From NCBI RefSeq assembly GCF_000196555.1, contig NC_015067.1:660001-692000 (forward strand): 32,000 nucleotides of DNA, read 5' to 3'. Shown here one piece after another: positions 17,030 to 25,295 of this stretch. Numbering within the stretch: position 1 is the stretch's first letter; each line of letters opens with the position of its first letter. The notes beneath the pieces were generated by a model that had not been told where the DNA came from, ran no database searches, and saw nothing but the letters and a program-made list of their open reading frames with translations. This stretch comes from Bifidobacterium longum subsp. longum JCM 1217. GTDB taxonomy: Bacteria; Actinomycetota; Actinomycetes; Actinomycetales; Bifidobacteriaceae. The position numbers and the translations under genes are program-made.

Positions 17030-19530
17030 GCGACGATCAACGGCCGCAGGCGATTGAGGTGCGCGGTGCGCGCGTGCATAACCTCAAGAACATCGACATC
17101 GACATTCCGCTGGGCGAACTGGTGGGCGTGGCCGGCGTCTCCGGTTCGGGCAAAAGCTCTCTGGCGCTCGGCGTGCTGTATGCGGAAGGTTCGCGGCGCT
17201 ACTTGGAAGCGCTGTCCACGTACACGCGCCGTCGACTGACTCAAGCCAGCCGCGCCCAGGTGGACGAAGTGCTGCATGTGCCGGCCGCGCTGGCCCTGCA
17301 CCAGCGGCCCACTGTGCCCGGCATCCGTTCGACGTTCGGCACGATGACCGAATTGCTCAACAGCCTGCGACTCCTGTTTTCCCGCGTCGCCTCGCACGTG
17401 TGCCCGCATTGCGGGGCGCGCAATGAACCGACGCTGAACGTGGCGGCCGGCCTGCCCATCACCTGTGCTGGCTGCGGCAAGGAATTCCACGCGCCCGGCG
17501 CCGAATTGCTCGCCTTCAACTCGGCCGGCGCCTGCCCGACCTGCTCCGGCACCGGCATCGTGCGCGAAGTAAACCGCGCGGCCCTGGTCCCGGACGAGTC
17601 GAAAAGCATCGACGACGGCGCGGTGCTGCCATGGGGTTCGCTCATGTGGGACCTCATGAAACAGGTGTGCGGCGCGATGGGCGTGCGCACCAACGTGCCG
17701 TTCAACGAACTCACACCCGAAGAACGCGACATCGTATTCAACGGGCCGGCCGTCAAAAAGCATATTCTTTACAAGCCGAAGAAAGGCGACGATTTCGCCG
17801 AACTCGACTTCACCTACTTCAACGCCGTGTACACGGTGGAGAACGCGCTCGCCAAAGCCAAGGACGAGAAGGGCCTGAAGCGTGTGGTCCGGTTCCTCAA
17901 GGAAGGCCCATGCGCCGACTGCGGCGGCACACGACTGAGCGTCGCCGCCCGGGCCCCGCATGTGCGCGGGCTGAACTTGGCCGAAGCCGGCGCGATGACC
18001 TTGGACGCGGCGGCGGATTGGGTGCGCGGAGTGCCGGAATCCCTGCCCGCCGACATGCGGCCGATGGCCGCCAACATCTGCGAATCGTTCTTGGATGTGG
18101 CCCGACGGCTGCTCGATCTGGGCCTCGGCTATCTGGCGCTTGACCGCGCCGGCGCCACGCTTTCGACCGGCGAACGCCAGCGTGTGCAGCTCGCCCGGGC
18201 CGTGCGCAACCGCACCATCGGCGTGCTGTATGTGCTCGACGAGCCATCCATCGGTCTTCATCCCTCGAACGTGGACGGGCTGCTCGGCGTGATGCACGAC
18301 TTGGTGGCGGACGGCAATTCCGTGGTGGTCGTGGACCATGATGTGCGTGTACTCAAAGCGTGTGACCATCTTATCGAAATGGGGCCGGTTGCCGGTGCCG
18401 AAGGCGGGCATGTGATCGCGCAAGGCACGGTCGGCGAGGTGGCGGCGAACCCCAGTAGTCGCATTGCGCCGTTCCTATCCGACCAGGTGAGTGCGCGTAT
18501 ACGTGAGCGTGTGGCCGAATCGCAAGTGTTCAGCCTTGGCCACATCCGCATGACAACCAGTCAGCTGCATACGGTCAAACCGTTGGACGTTGATATCCCG
18601 CGCGGCCGGCTCGTGGCGGTGACCGGCGTCTCCGGCTCCGGCAAAACCACGATGGTACTCGAATCGCTGATTCCCGCACTCAAAGCGCAGGCGGCGGGGG
18701 AGCTGTTGCCGGAACACGTGCGCGAGCTTGAGACCGAGGGCATCCGTCGTGCGAATCTCATCGATGCCACGCCGATCGGCGCGAACGTGCGTTCTACCGT
18801 GGCCACTTATGCCGATATTCACGACGAATTGCGGCGCGCCTTTGCCCGATGTGAGGCGGCTAAGACGGGCGGCTGGAAGGCCGGCGATTTCTCATACAAT
18901 ACCGGCCGACTGCGTTGCCCTACGTGCGACGGCACCGGTTCGATCTCGCTCGACGTGCAGTTCCTGCCGGATGTGACCATCGAATGCCCGGATTGCTGCG
19001 GCTCCCGGTACGCGCCCGAAGCTGATGCGATTCGGCGTGCGGTTAAGGGAGAATCTCGCCTTTCGTTGAGTTTGCCCCAACTCATGGCAATGAGTGTGGA
19101 CCAGGCTCTGGCCGTGACCAGCGACCTCAAGAAGGTTCACGCACGTCTGACCATCCTGCACGATCTGGGTCTCGGCTACCTGACGCTCGGCGAACCGACC
19201 CCGGCGCTTTCGGGCGGCGAAGCCCAGCGGCTGAAACTCGCCAGCGAAATGGGCAAGGCCCAGTTGAACGCGGTATTCGTGTTCGACGAGCCGACCATCG
19301 GCCTCCATCCGCTCGACGTTCGCGTGCTGCTGGGCGTGTTCGACCGGCTCGTGGTGAGCGGCGCGACCGTCGTGGTCATCGAACATGACCTCGACGTGAT
19401 CGCCAATGCGGATTGGATTATCGATATGGGTCCGGGCGGCGGCGAAAGCGGCGGACGCATCGTCGCCACCGGAACGCCGGAACAGGTCGCGGCCAATCCG
19501 AACAGCATCACCGGGCGGTATCTGCGCTGA
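17026..19530 (+). CDS. UvrA paralog (class II, UvrA2-like ABC ATPase lacking the UvrB-binding insert)
   Basis: Two ABC modules: GVSGSGKSS ... LSTGERQRVQLA ... LYVLDEPSIGLH, and GVSGSGKTT ... LSGGEAQRLKLA ... VFVFDEPTIGLH. Zn modules: CPTCSGTG, CADCGG, CPTCDGTG, CPDCCG. The first Zn module is CPHC-17aa-CAGC, so there is no room for the roughly 130-aa UvrB-binding domain of canonical UvrA. About 834 aa. Confidence 0.85.
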   Translation: MSDDQRPQAIEVRGARVHNLKNIDIDIPLGELVGVAGVSGSGKSSLALGVLYAEGSRRYLEALSTYTRRRLTQASRAQVDEVLHVPAALALHQRPTVPGIRSTFGTMTELLNSLRLLFSRVASHVCPHCGARNEPTLNVAAGLPITCAGCGKEFHAPGAELLAFNSAGACPTCSGTGIVREVNRAALVPDESKSIDDGAVLPWGSLMWDLMKQVCGAMGVRTNVPFNELTPEERDIVFNGPAVKKHILYKPKKGDDFAELDFTYFNAVYTVENALAKAKDEKGLKRVVRFLKEGPCADCGGTRLSVAARAPHVRGLNLAEAGAMTLDAAADWVRGVPESLPADMRPMAANICESFLDVARRLLDLGLGYLALDRAGATLSTGERQRVQLARAVRNRTIGVLYVLDEPSIGLHPSNVDGLLGVMHDLVADGNSVVVVDHDVRVLKACDHLIEMGPVAGAEGGHVIAQGTVGEVAANPSSRIAPFLSDQVSARIRERVAESQVFSLGHIRMTTSQLHTVKPLDVDIPRGRLVAVTGVSGSGKTTMVLESLIPALKAQAAGELLPEHVRELETEGIRRANLIDATPIGANVRSTVATYADIHDELRRAFARCEAAKTGGWKAGDFSYNTGRLRCPTCDGTGSISLDVQFLPDVTIECPDCCGSRYAPEADAIRRAVKGESRLSLSLPQLMAMSVDQALAVTSDLKKVHARLTILHDLGLGYLTLGEPTPALSGGEAQRLKLASEMGKAQLNAVFVFDEPTIGLHPLDVRVLLGVFDRLVVSGATVVVIEHDLDVIANADWIIDMGPGGGESGGRIVATGTPEQVAANPNSITGRYLR

Positions 19531-19641
19531 CTTGTATGGCGGTCACGCGCCTTTGCATAGGACCCTGCGCGAGTAGGATAGCCGTCCATGGTGCAGATTC
19601 ATGGCATTAGACGCGCAAGCGCGGACGCGAAATATCGGCAG

Positions 19642-20946
19642 ATGACCGGGCAGCCGGTCAAACCGCTGATCCTCAAACTATGCCTGCCGGCCGTCATTTC
19701 CAATCTGGTGACTACTGCATACAACCTGACTGATACCTTTTTCATCGGCCAGCTCGGCACCGCGCAGTCCGGTGCTATCGGCATCGCGTTCTCCATCATG
19801 ACCGTGATGCAGGCGCTCGGCTTCTTCTTCGGCAACGGCGCGGGCAACTCGATGAGCCGCGAACTCGGCAAGCAGAACAATGATCGCGCCTCCCGACTAC
19901 TGGCCGTGGGCTTTGCGGGCGCGGTGATCTCCGGTCTGGTGATTGCCACAATCGGACTGCTGACCCTGCGGCCACTTGTCGTCATGCTGGGCTCGACCTC
20001 GACGATTGCCCCATACGCCGTGCAATATCTGACGCCGTTGCTGGTCGCCGCACCCTGCGTGTGCGGTTCGTTCGCACTCAACGGATTGTTGAGATACCAA
20101 GGTCAATCGGCGTTCGGCATGATTGGTCTGGTGTCCGGCGCGCTGTTGAATTTCCTGCTTGCGCCATTGTTCATTTTCGTGGCCGGTCTGGGGATTTTCG
20201 GTGCCGGCCTCGCCACCGCCATCTGCCAGACGGTGAGCTTCACGATTCTGACCACGATGAGCCGCAAATTCGGCGTGATGAAACTGTCCCTGCGCAATTG
20301 CAGGCCGGATGTGCTGCTCATGCGCGAAGTGGCCGGCGGTGGCCTGCCCTCGCTGATCCGCCAAGGCGCCGGTTCGATTTCCGTGACCTGCGTGAACATT
20401 GCCGCCAATCCGTTCGGCGATGCGGCCATCGCCGGCATGGCCATTGTGATGCGCATTATGTTGGGCGCCAACTCGGTGATCGTCGGCCTCGGCCAAGGTT
20501 TCCAACCGGTGTGCGGCTACAACTACGGTGCCGGCCTGTTCGCGCGCGTCAAAGAAGGGTACTGGTTCTGCGTGCGGCTCGCCACCTGCGTGCTCGTGGT
20601 GTTGGCGGTGTTGCTGTGGGTGTTCGCACCGCAACTGGTCGAGATCTTCCGCTCCGACCCGGCCGTGGTGGCGGTGGGCGTGGCCGCGCTGCACATCCAA
20701 TGCTGCACGGTGATTCTCAACGGCTTCAACATGATGGGCAATATGATGACCCAGACCATGGGCCGCACCGGCATCGCCTCATTCCTGGCCCTGTGCCGAC
20801 AAGGTCTGTTTTTGGCACCGATCGTACTGATTCTGCCGATGATGTTCGGCGTGCTCGGCGTGGAAATGGCGCAATCGGTGTCCGACGTGCTGACATTCCT
20901 AGTCACTATCCCGTTCATGCGGCGAATCCTGCATGAATTGCGGTGA
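19642..20946 (+). CDS. MATE-family efflux transporter
   Basis: 12-TM-type protein. The N-terminal MATE signature is PVKPLILKLCLPAVISNLVTTAYNLTDTFFIGQLGT. The start is taken at ATG 19642; the track ORF begins at 19588. Confidence 0.88.
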   Translation: MTGQPVKPLILKLCLPAVISNLVTTAYNLTDTFFIGQLGTAQSGAIGIAFSIMTVMQALGFFFGNGAGNSMSRELGKQNNDRASRLLAVGFAGAVISGLVIATIGLLTLRPLVVMLGSTSTIAPYAVQYLTPLLVAAPCVCGSFALNGLLRYQGQSAFGMIGLVSGALLNFLLAPLFIFVAGLGIFGAGLATAICQTVSFTILTTMSRKFGVMKLSLRNCRPDVLLMREVAGGGLPSLIRQGAGSISVTCVNIAANPFGDAAIAGMAIVMRIMLGANSVIVGLGQGFQPVCGYNYGAGLFARVKEGYWFCVRLATCVLVVLAVLLWVFAPQLVEIFRSDPAVVAVGVAALHIQCCTVILNGFNMMGNMMTQTMGRTGIASFLALCRQGLFLAPIVLILPMMFGVLGVEMAQSVSDVLTFLVTIPFMRRILHELR

Positions 20947-20953
20947 ATGGTAG

Positions 20954-21646
20954 ATGGCAACTATGAATAATCGAAGTGCAAAGCGGGTGCCGGGCGTTCC
21001 TTCTCCCGCGTATATCGAATCGCTGTACCGCACCATGGCTGCCGCCCTTGGCCCGACCGGATGGTGGCCGGCTGAAACCACATTCGAGATTATGGTGGGC
21101 GCGGTGCTGACGCAGAATACGGCGTGGGGCAATGTGAATCGTTCGCTTGCGGCGTTGAACGCGGAGGGTGTGCTCGAACCCCATAAGCTGGCGATTATGG
21201 GGCCAGCGCATCTGCAGGAACTTATTCGCCCGTCCGGCTTTTATGTCAACAAATCCAAGACGGTACAGTCACTGAGCCGATGGTATGTGGAGCGTTGCGG
21301 AGCCTCGCCTGAGGGCGCGGCAGATATTCCCGACGCCGAATTGCGGACCGAATTGCTCGGATTATTCGGTATCGGGGGCGAAACGGCCGACGACCTGATG
21401 CTATATGTGTTTTCGCGCCGCACATTCGTGGCCGATACTTATGCTCGCCGACTATTCGCCTTCCTTGGATTTGATGTGCCAACCGGCTATCTGGCATTCC
21501 ACAAGGCCTATTCGCCCGTGGTGCTGGATGCGAGCCTCAGCGTCAAGGATTTGCAGGAATTCCATGGGCTTATTGACGAGTTCGGCAAGGCCTACCGCGA
21601 CGACGCGGCCAAAAGCGAGTCCTTTTTGGGTGGATGGAGGGCTTGA
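20954..21646 (+). CDS. endonuclease III-related HhH-GPD family protein
   Basis: GPTGWWPAETTFEIMVGAVLTQNTAW...IRPSGFYVNKSKTVQSL...LLGLFGIGGETADDLMLYVF...VADTYARRL matches the EndoIII-related (COG2231-type) family. It starts 7 nt after the MATE stop. Confidence 0.8.
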   Translation: MATMNNRSAKRVPGVPSPAYIESLYRTMAAALGPTGWWPAETTFEIMVGAVLTQNTAWGNVNRSLAALNAEGVLEPHKLAIMGPAHLQELIRPSGFYVNKSKTVQSLSRWYVERCGASPEGAADIPDAELRTELLGLFGIGGETADDLMLYVFSRRTFVADTYARRLFAFLGFDVPTGYLAFHKAYSPVVLDASLSVKDLQEFHGLIDEFGKAYRDDAAKSESFLGGWRA

Positions 21647-21653
21647 CTGCACG

Positions 21654-21806
21654 GCGAATCGTTCTCAATAAGAAAAGTGTGAGGCCCGCACGGTGCCAAT
21701 CGCACATCTGAATCCAAGAAATGGCTGTTTGATGCTATTCCCGCGAATGCGCGATTGAGTGATATTGTGCGTTTGCCTCACACTTTTCTTATTGAGAATG
21801 ATTCGC
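21654..21806. repeat. 153-bp long inverted repeat (32-bp arms, 31/32 complementary, 89-bp partly self-complementary spacer)
   Basis: Left arm gcgaatcgttctcaataagaaaagtgtgaggc (21654-21685); right arm gcctcacacttttcttattgagaatgattcgc (21775-21806). Inner segments caatcgcacat / atgcgcgattg also pair. Confidence 0.9.
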
Positions 21807-21819
21807 TGCGATATGCCGC

Positions 21820-22020
21820 TTACTTGACAACCTTAAAACCGCTGGTCCATGGGGTCTGATTGGTGACGCCTTCAGCCGCTGCTGCTGCGGCCTTGTCCGG
21901 GTTGCGGTCGATGACCTGCACGGTGGCGCCAGCCTTGACGGTGATGCCTGTGACGCCGGCAATCCGCTCTCCACCGAGCAGATCGACGACCCCTATCGCC
22001 GTGGCATCATCGCCGTGCAT
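21820..22020 (-). CDS. possible small hypothetical protein (66 aa, MHGDDATAIGVVDLLGGERIAGVTGITVKAGATVQVIDRNPDKAAAAAAEGVTNQTPWTSGFKVVK)
   Basis: This is the 3' end of track ORF 21820-22776, the only part not antisense to the acetyltransferase gene. The stop lies 14 nt from the long inverted repeat. No convincing SD. The mirror plus-strand frame is equally open, with similar GC at codon positions 1 and 3. Confidence 0.25.
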   Translation of the reverse strand: MHGDDATAIGVVDLLGGERIAGVTGITVKAGATVQVIDRNPDKAAAAAAEGVTNQTPWTSGFKVVK

Positions 22021-22134
22021 GACGCCGAGATTGCCGCCGAACTTGACTGGCTGCGCTCGATGCTGGGTGTCGAAAACGAGTCTGTGACAGAATAGTTCGA
22101 CCGACACAATCGCCAAAACGCCGAACAGGAGCCA

Positions 22135-22809
22135 ATGATGACCGAAGACAAGCCGATCGCCAAGCCGATTATCGATGATGCGACGCGCGAGAAAATGGCG
22201 CTTATGTTCTCTGGCGAGGTCTACCTGCCGGATGATGTGGACGGCTTTTTTGATCTGCAGGGCGCCCAGCGTGATCTCCAGCTCGAACTCAACGCCACGC
22301 CGCTGACCAACCCGAAGCGCCGTACCGAACTCATGCAGGCGTTCTTCGGCGCGGCGGGGGAGGGTCTGTACCTCGAATGCCCGGTGTATGCGAACTGGGG
22401 CTGCAATACTTATTGGGGCGAGCGCTGTTACGCCAACTTCAACCTGACGCTGGTGGACGATGGTGAGATCTTCATCGGATCCCACACCATGATCGGCCCC
22501 AACGTCACGCTTGTAGCCACCGGCCATCCCGTGCGTCCGGACCTGCGCTATCAGGGTGCCCAGTATTCGTTGCCAGTCCACATCGGCGAGAACGTCTGGA
22601 TCGGCGCGAATGTCACCGTGCTGCCCGGGGGCACCATCGGGGACAACGCGGTCATTGGCGCCAACTCGCTGGTCACCAAGGACATCCCCGCCAACACGGT
22701 CGCCTATGGCAGCCCGTGCAAGGTAATTCGCGAAATCAACGAACGCGACGACGTCTACTACTGGCGCGACCGCCAATTCAGTGAGCGTTTTAAGCTCAAA
22801 GAGCAGTAG
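22135..22809 (+). CDS. maltose/galactoside O-acetyltransferase family (left-handed beta-helix) protein
   Basis: N-terminal Maa-type helix (REKMALMFSGEVYLP). Hexapeptide repeats and THP-like motif: IGSHTMIGPNVTLVATGHPV...IGENVWIGANVTVLPGGTIGDNAVIGANSLVTKDIPANTVAYGSPCKVIREI. AGGAG upstream. Confidence 0.88.
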   Translation: MMTEDKPIAKPIIDDATREKMALMFSGEVYLPDDVDGFFDLQGAQRDLQLELNATPLTNPKRRTELMQAFFGAAGEGLYLECPVYANWGCNTYWGERCYANFNLTLVDDGEIFIGSHTMIGPNVTLVATGHPVRPDLRYQGAQYSLPVHIGENVWIGANVTVLPGGTIGDNAVIGANSLVTKDIPANTVAYGSPCKVIREINERDDVYYWRDRQFSERFKLKEQ

Positions 22810-22818
22810 CGCGAAAGC

Positions 22819-23172
22819 TCACTCCCACACGTCGAGCTTGCGATTTTTGTAGAAATACTCGCGGTCCTTGTCGCCGATTTCACGCACGACCTCGCAGGGC
22901 GCGCCGTAGGTGACGGAGTTGGCGGGGATGGAATGTGTCACGACCGAACCGGCGCCAATCACGCAATTGTCGCCGATGGTCACTCCCGGCAGAATCGACA
23001 CGTTCGCGCCGACCCACACGTTGCGCCCGCTGATCACCGGAATGCAATACGTGTAATGGTGCTCGCGCAGCACCGGCAACACGGGGTGGCCGGCGGCGCA
23101 TTAGCACGGGGAACGGTTGAACGAGAAGTGGATTGGCATGTGGTGGTATCGAACATACTGATGCGTGTGCCG
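22819..23172 (-). pseudogene. decayed paralog of the O-acetyltransferase (N-terminus lost, in-frame stop)
   Basis: Track ORF 22819-23082 encodes only the C-terminal half (GRNVWVGANVSILPGVTIGDNCVIGAGSVVTHSIPANSVTYGAPCEVVREI). Reading upstream in frame gives ...PIHFSFNRSPC*CAAGHPV, with TAA at 23101-23103 just before the conserved HP motif. Confidence 0.7.
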
Positions 23173-23246
23173 CCGAGCCTGTCCAGATGGCTGCCTATAT
23201 GAACCAGTGACAGAAAAGCACGGGAACGCGAGCGAGAGGAGTGTGC

Positions 23247-24335
23247 ATGGGGCAGTTCGGCGTCATGATTGGCCAGTTAGTCGGATTTCTGATCATGCTG
23301 ATGGTCGGGTATGGATGTGTGAGGCTTCGATTCTACGGTCAGACGGCGTTGGACGGCATGTGCTCGTTGCTGCTCAACGTGCTCATCCCCGTGCTTGTGT
23401 TTTCGAACGCCGTCGATGGTGCGGACCGCGCGCAGCTTGCCGCTAACTGGGGCGTGATGCTGCTGACCGCCGTGATGTACGCGCTGCTCATCCTGGTGTT
23501 CTGGCTGGTCGCCAAACTGTTGCGGCTCAAAGGTTCGCGTAGCCATGTATTTCAGGCGTCGCTTATTTTCGGCAACGCCGGATTCATCGGCATTCCGTTG
23601 ATTATGGCACTTTGGCCGCAGAACGGCGCGATTTACGTGGCGCTGATGTCGATCATCGACCAAACGCTGCTCTGGACGTACGGCGTATGGCTGTGCGAGC
23701 CGGTCGACGAAACGACTGGCGGCAACGCGATTGGCGCGCGAGGTGCGGTCGTGAACGGTTCGGTGAACGGCGCCGGTTCGGTGGGCAATGCTGGTTCGGC
23801 GAGCAATGCCGCAAACGGTGGTTCTCCGGCCATCGTCCGCCCCTCGCCAGGCACCCGCGTCCTCGGCCTGCTTAAACGATTCGTCAATCCCGCCTTCGTC
23901 GGCGTGATGCTCGCCCTGATTCTGATTCTGCTCGGCGTCAAGGTGCCGGACATCATCCTGAAGCCGCTGCACACCATCGGCAATATGGCCACGCCGATGT
24001 CGCTAATCTACTTGGGCGGCCTGTTCGCGCTGACCAAGTGGTGGGGCGTCCTCAAACGCTACGAACTCTATGCTGGCCTAGTCGCCAAGATGATCGCATT
24101 CCCGCTCGCCTTCTACGCGCTACTGACCGCGCTGACCGGCGCATTGCCGCAACTGCCGATCACCCATGACATGGTGCTGATGATCACGGTCATCGCCGGA
24201 CTGCCGACCATGACCACCATCGCCATGTTCACCGGTCGCAAGAACAACATGCCCGAGTATGCGGTCGGCTTCGTGCTCGTAAGCACGCTGTTCTCGCTGG
24301 CCTCCCTGACGATTGTGTCGGCAGTTGTGTTCTGA
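23247..24335 (+). CDS. AEC (auxin efflux carrier / Mem_trans) family transporter
   Basis: Two 5-TM halves separated by a Gly/Ser/Asn-rich loop. Family-like stretches: LIFGNAGFIGIPL, NMATPMSLIYLGG, LPTMTTIAMF. ATG 23247 lies 5 nt after GAGGAG. Confidence 0.8.
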   Translation: MGQFGVMIGQLVGFLIMLMVGYGCVRLRFYGQTALDGMCSLLLNVLIPVLVFSNAVDGADRAQLAANWGVMLLTAVMYALLILVFWLVAKLLRLKGSRSHVFQASLIFGNAGFIGIPLIMALWPQNGAIYVALMSIIDQTLLWTYGVWLCEPVDETTGGNAIGARGAVVNGSVNGAGSVGNAGSASNAANGGSPAIVRPSPGTRVLGLLKRFVNPAFVGVMLALILILLGVKVPDIILKPLHTIGNMATPMSLIYLGGLFALTKWWGVLKRYELYAGLVAKMIAFPLAFYALLTALTGALPQLPITHDMVLMITVIAGLPTMTTIAMFTGRKNNMPEYAVGFVLVSTLFSLASLTIVSAVVF

Positions 24336-24338
24336 ATT

Positions 24339-24943
24339 GTCCCCTTCGACGAAAAGAATGCCGGGGCCTCCGGCGCTTGGAATTTCATCGACGCCGCCAA
24401 CGACTCCAATCCGAGGCGGCCGTGCCGTATTTCAAGGAGATATTCGATTACGCGCGCACGCTCGATCCGCAGCATCGCCCGCTGACCTACACCAATCTGC
24501 TGATGGCCGCCGGAGGCAAAGACAAGTGCCATCAGTTCGCGGATGTCATCTGCCTGAACCGGTATTACGGCTGGTATGTGCAAGATGGGTATCAGCTCAT
24601 CGGAGCCAAGAAGGCCTTCATCAACGAGATGAACCAATGGATGAACACCGAACCCAACAAGCCGTTTCTGTTCACCGAATACGGTGCGGACACCGATGCC
24701 GGTGTGCACAAGCTGCCGAGCATGCAATGGAGTGAAGAGTACCAATGCGAGTACCTCACCATGCAACACGAAGTGTTCGACATGTTCGAGGCAGTGGTGG
24801 GCGAGCAGGTATGGAACCTCTGCGACTTCCAAACCGGTGAAGGTATCATGCGCGTCGACGGCAACAAGAAGGACGTCTTCACTCGCGACCGTCAGCCCAA
24901 AGCCGCCGCCTATGTACTCAAGGAGCGTTGGGAGACTAAGTAG
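24339..24943 (+). pseudogene. beta-glucuronidase (GH2, GusA/UidA-type) C-terminal remnant
   Basis: DVICLNRYYGWYVQDGY...FTEYGADTDAGVH...MWSEEYQCEYL...AVVGEQVWNLCDFQTGEGIMRVDGNKKDVFTRDRQPKAAAYVLKERW aligns by eye almost residue-for-residue with the last 190 aa or so of E. coli GUS. About 400 N-terminal residues are absent. There is a 1-nt frameshift near 24411-24413 (frame change between ...WNFIDAANDSNP and EAAVPYF...). It begins 3 nt after the AEC stop. Confidence 0.85.
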
Positions 24944-25010
24944 CGGCCCGCCCCTGGAATATTCCAGGAGCAACACACATCGCATAACACACAACGCAAC
25001 ATACAAAAAA

Positions 25011-25045
25011 GAACCTCGTGAAACGAATTTCACGAGGTTCTTTCT
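25011..25045 (+). terminator. intrinsic terminator after the gusA remnant
   Basis: 13-bp perfect stem gaacctcgtgaaa / tttcacgaggttc with loop cgaa, then TTTCT. An A6 run precedes it, so it could act in both directions. Confidence 0.8.
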
Positions 25046-25295
25046 AGTTACGCTGAATGACTCCCATTAGACTCCCACGAGGGAAGAGCAATGGGAATTC
25101 CAACGTGGCTAAGCTCTCAAACTCAGATGTGGAATCTGATTTCTATGGTTTGAGGCAATTATTGATATAATGCAGAAAATGGCTTGATAATGCCAATTAT
25201 GTGGTGTATCGAAGGTGGGTATAGACGGCTTTAGATTTCTTTAGATTGCCATTGTTGGCTACCCTTTTGGCTACCCTATGGAATATCCTGGTCGT

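Noticed and set aside
16870-18423. 517-aa minus-strand ORF, plus several 100-170-aa ORFs on both strands within 17017-19530
   Set aside because: All overlap the UvrA-paralog frame, which carries unambiguous ABC and zinc-finger motifs. The alternatives are R/A/G/H-rich off-frame or antisense artefacts.
22021-22776. Upstream two-thirds of the 318-aa minus ORF 21820-22776
   Set aside because: It is antisense to the hexapeptide acetyltransferase gene. Only the 3' 200 nt outside that gene were kept, as a low-confidence feature.
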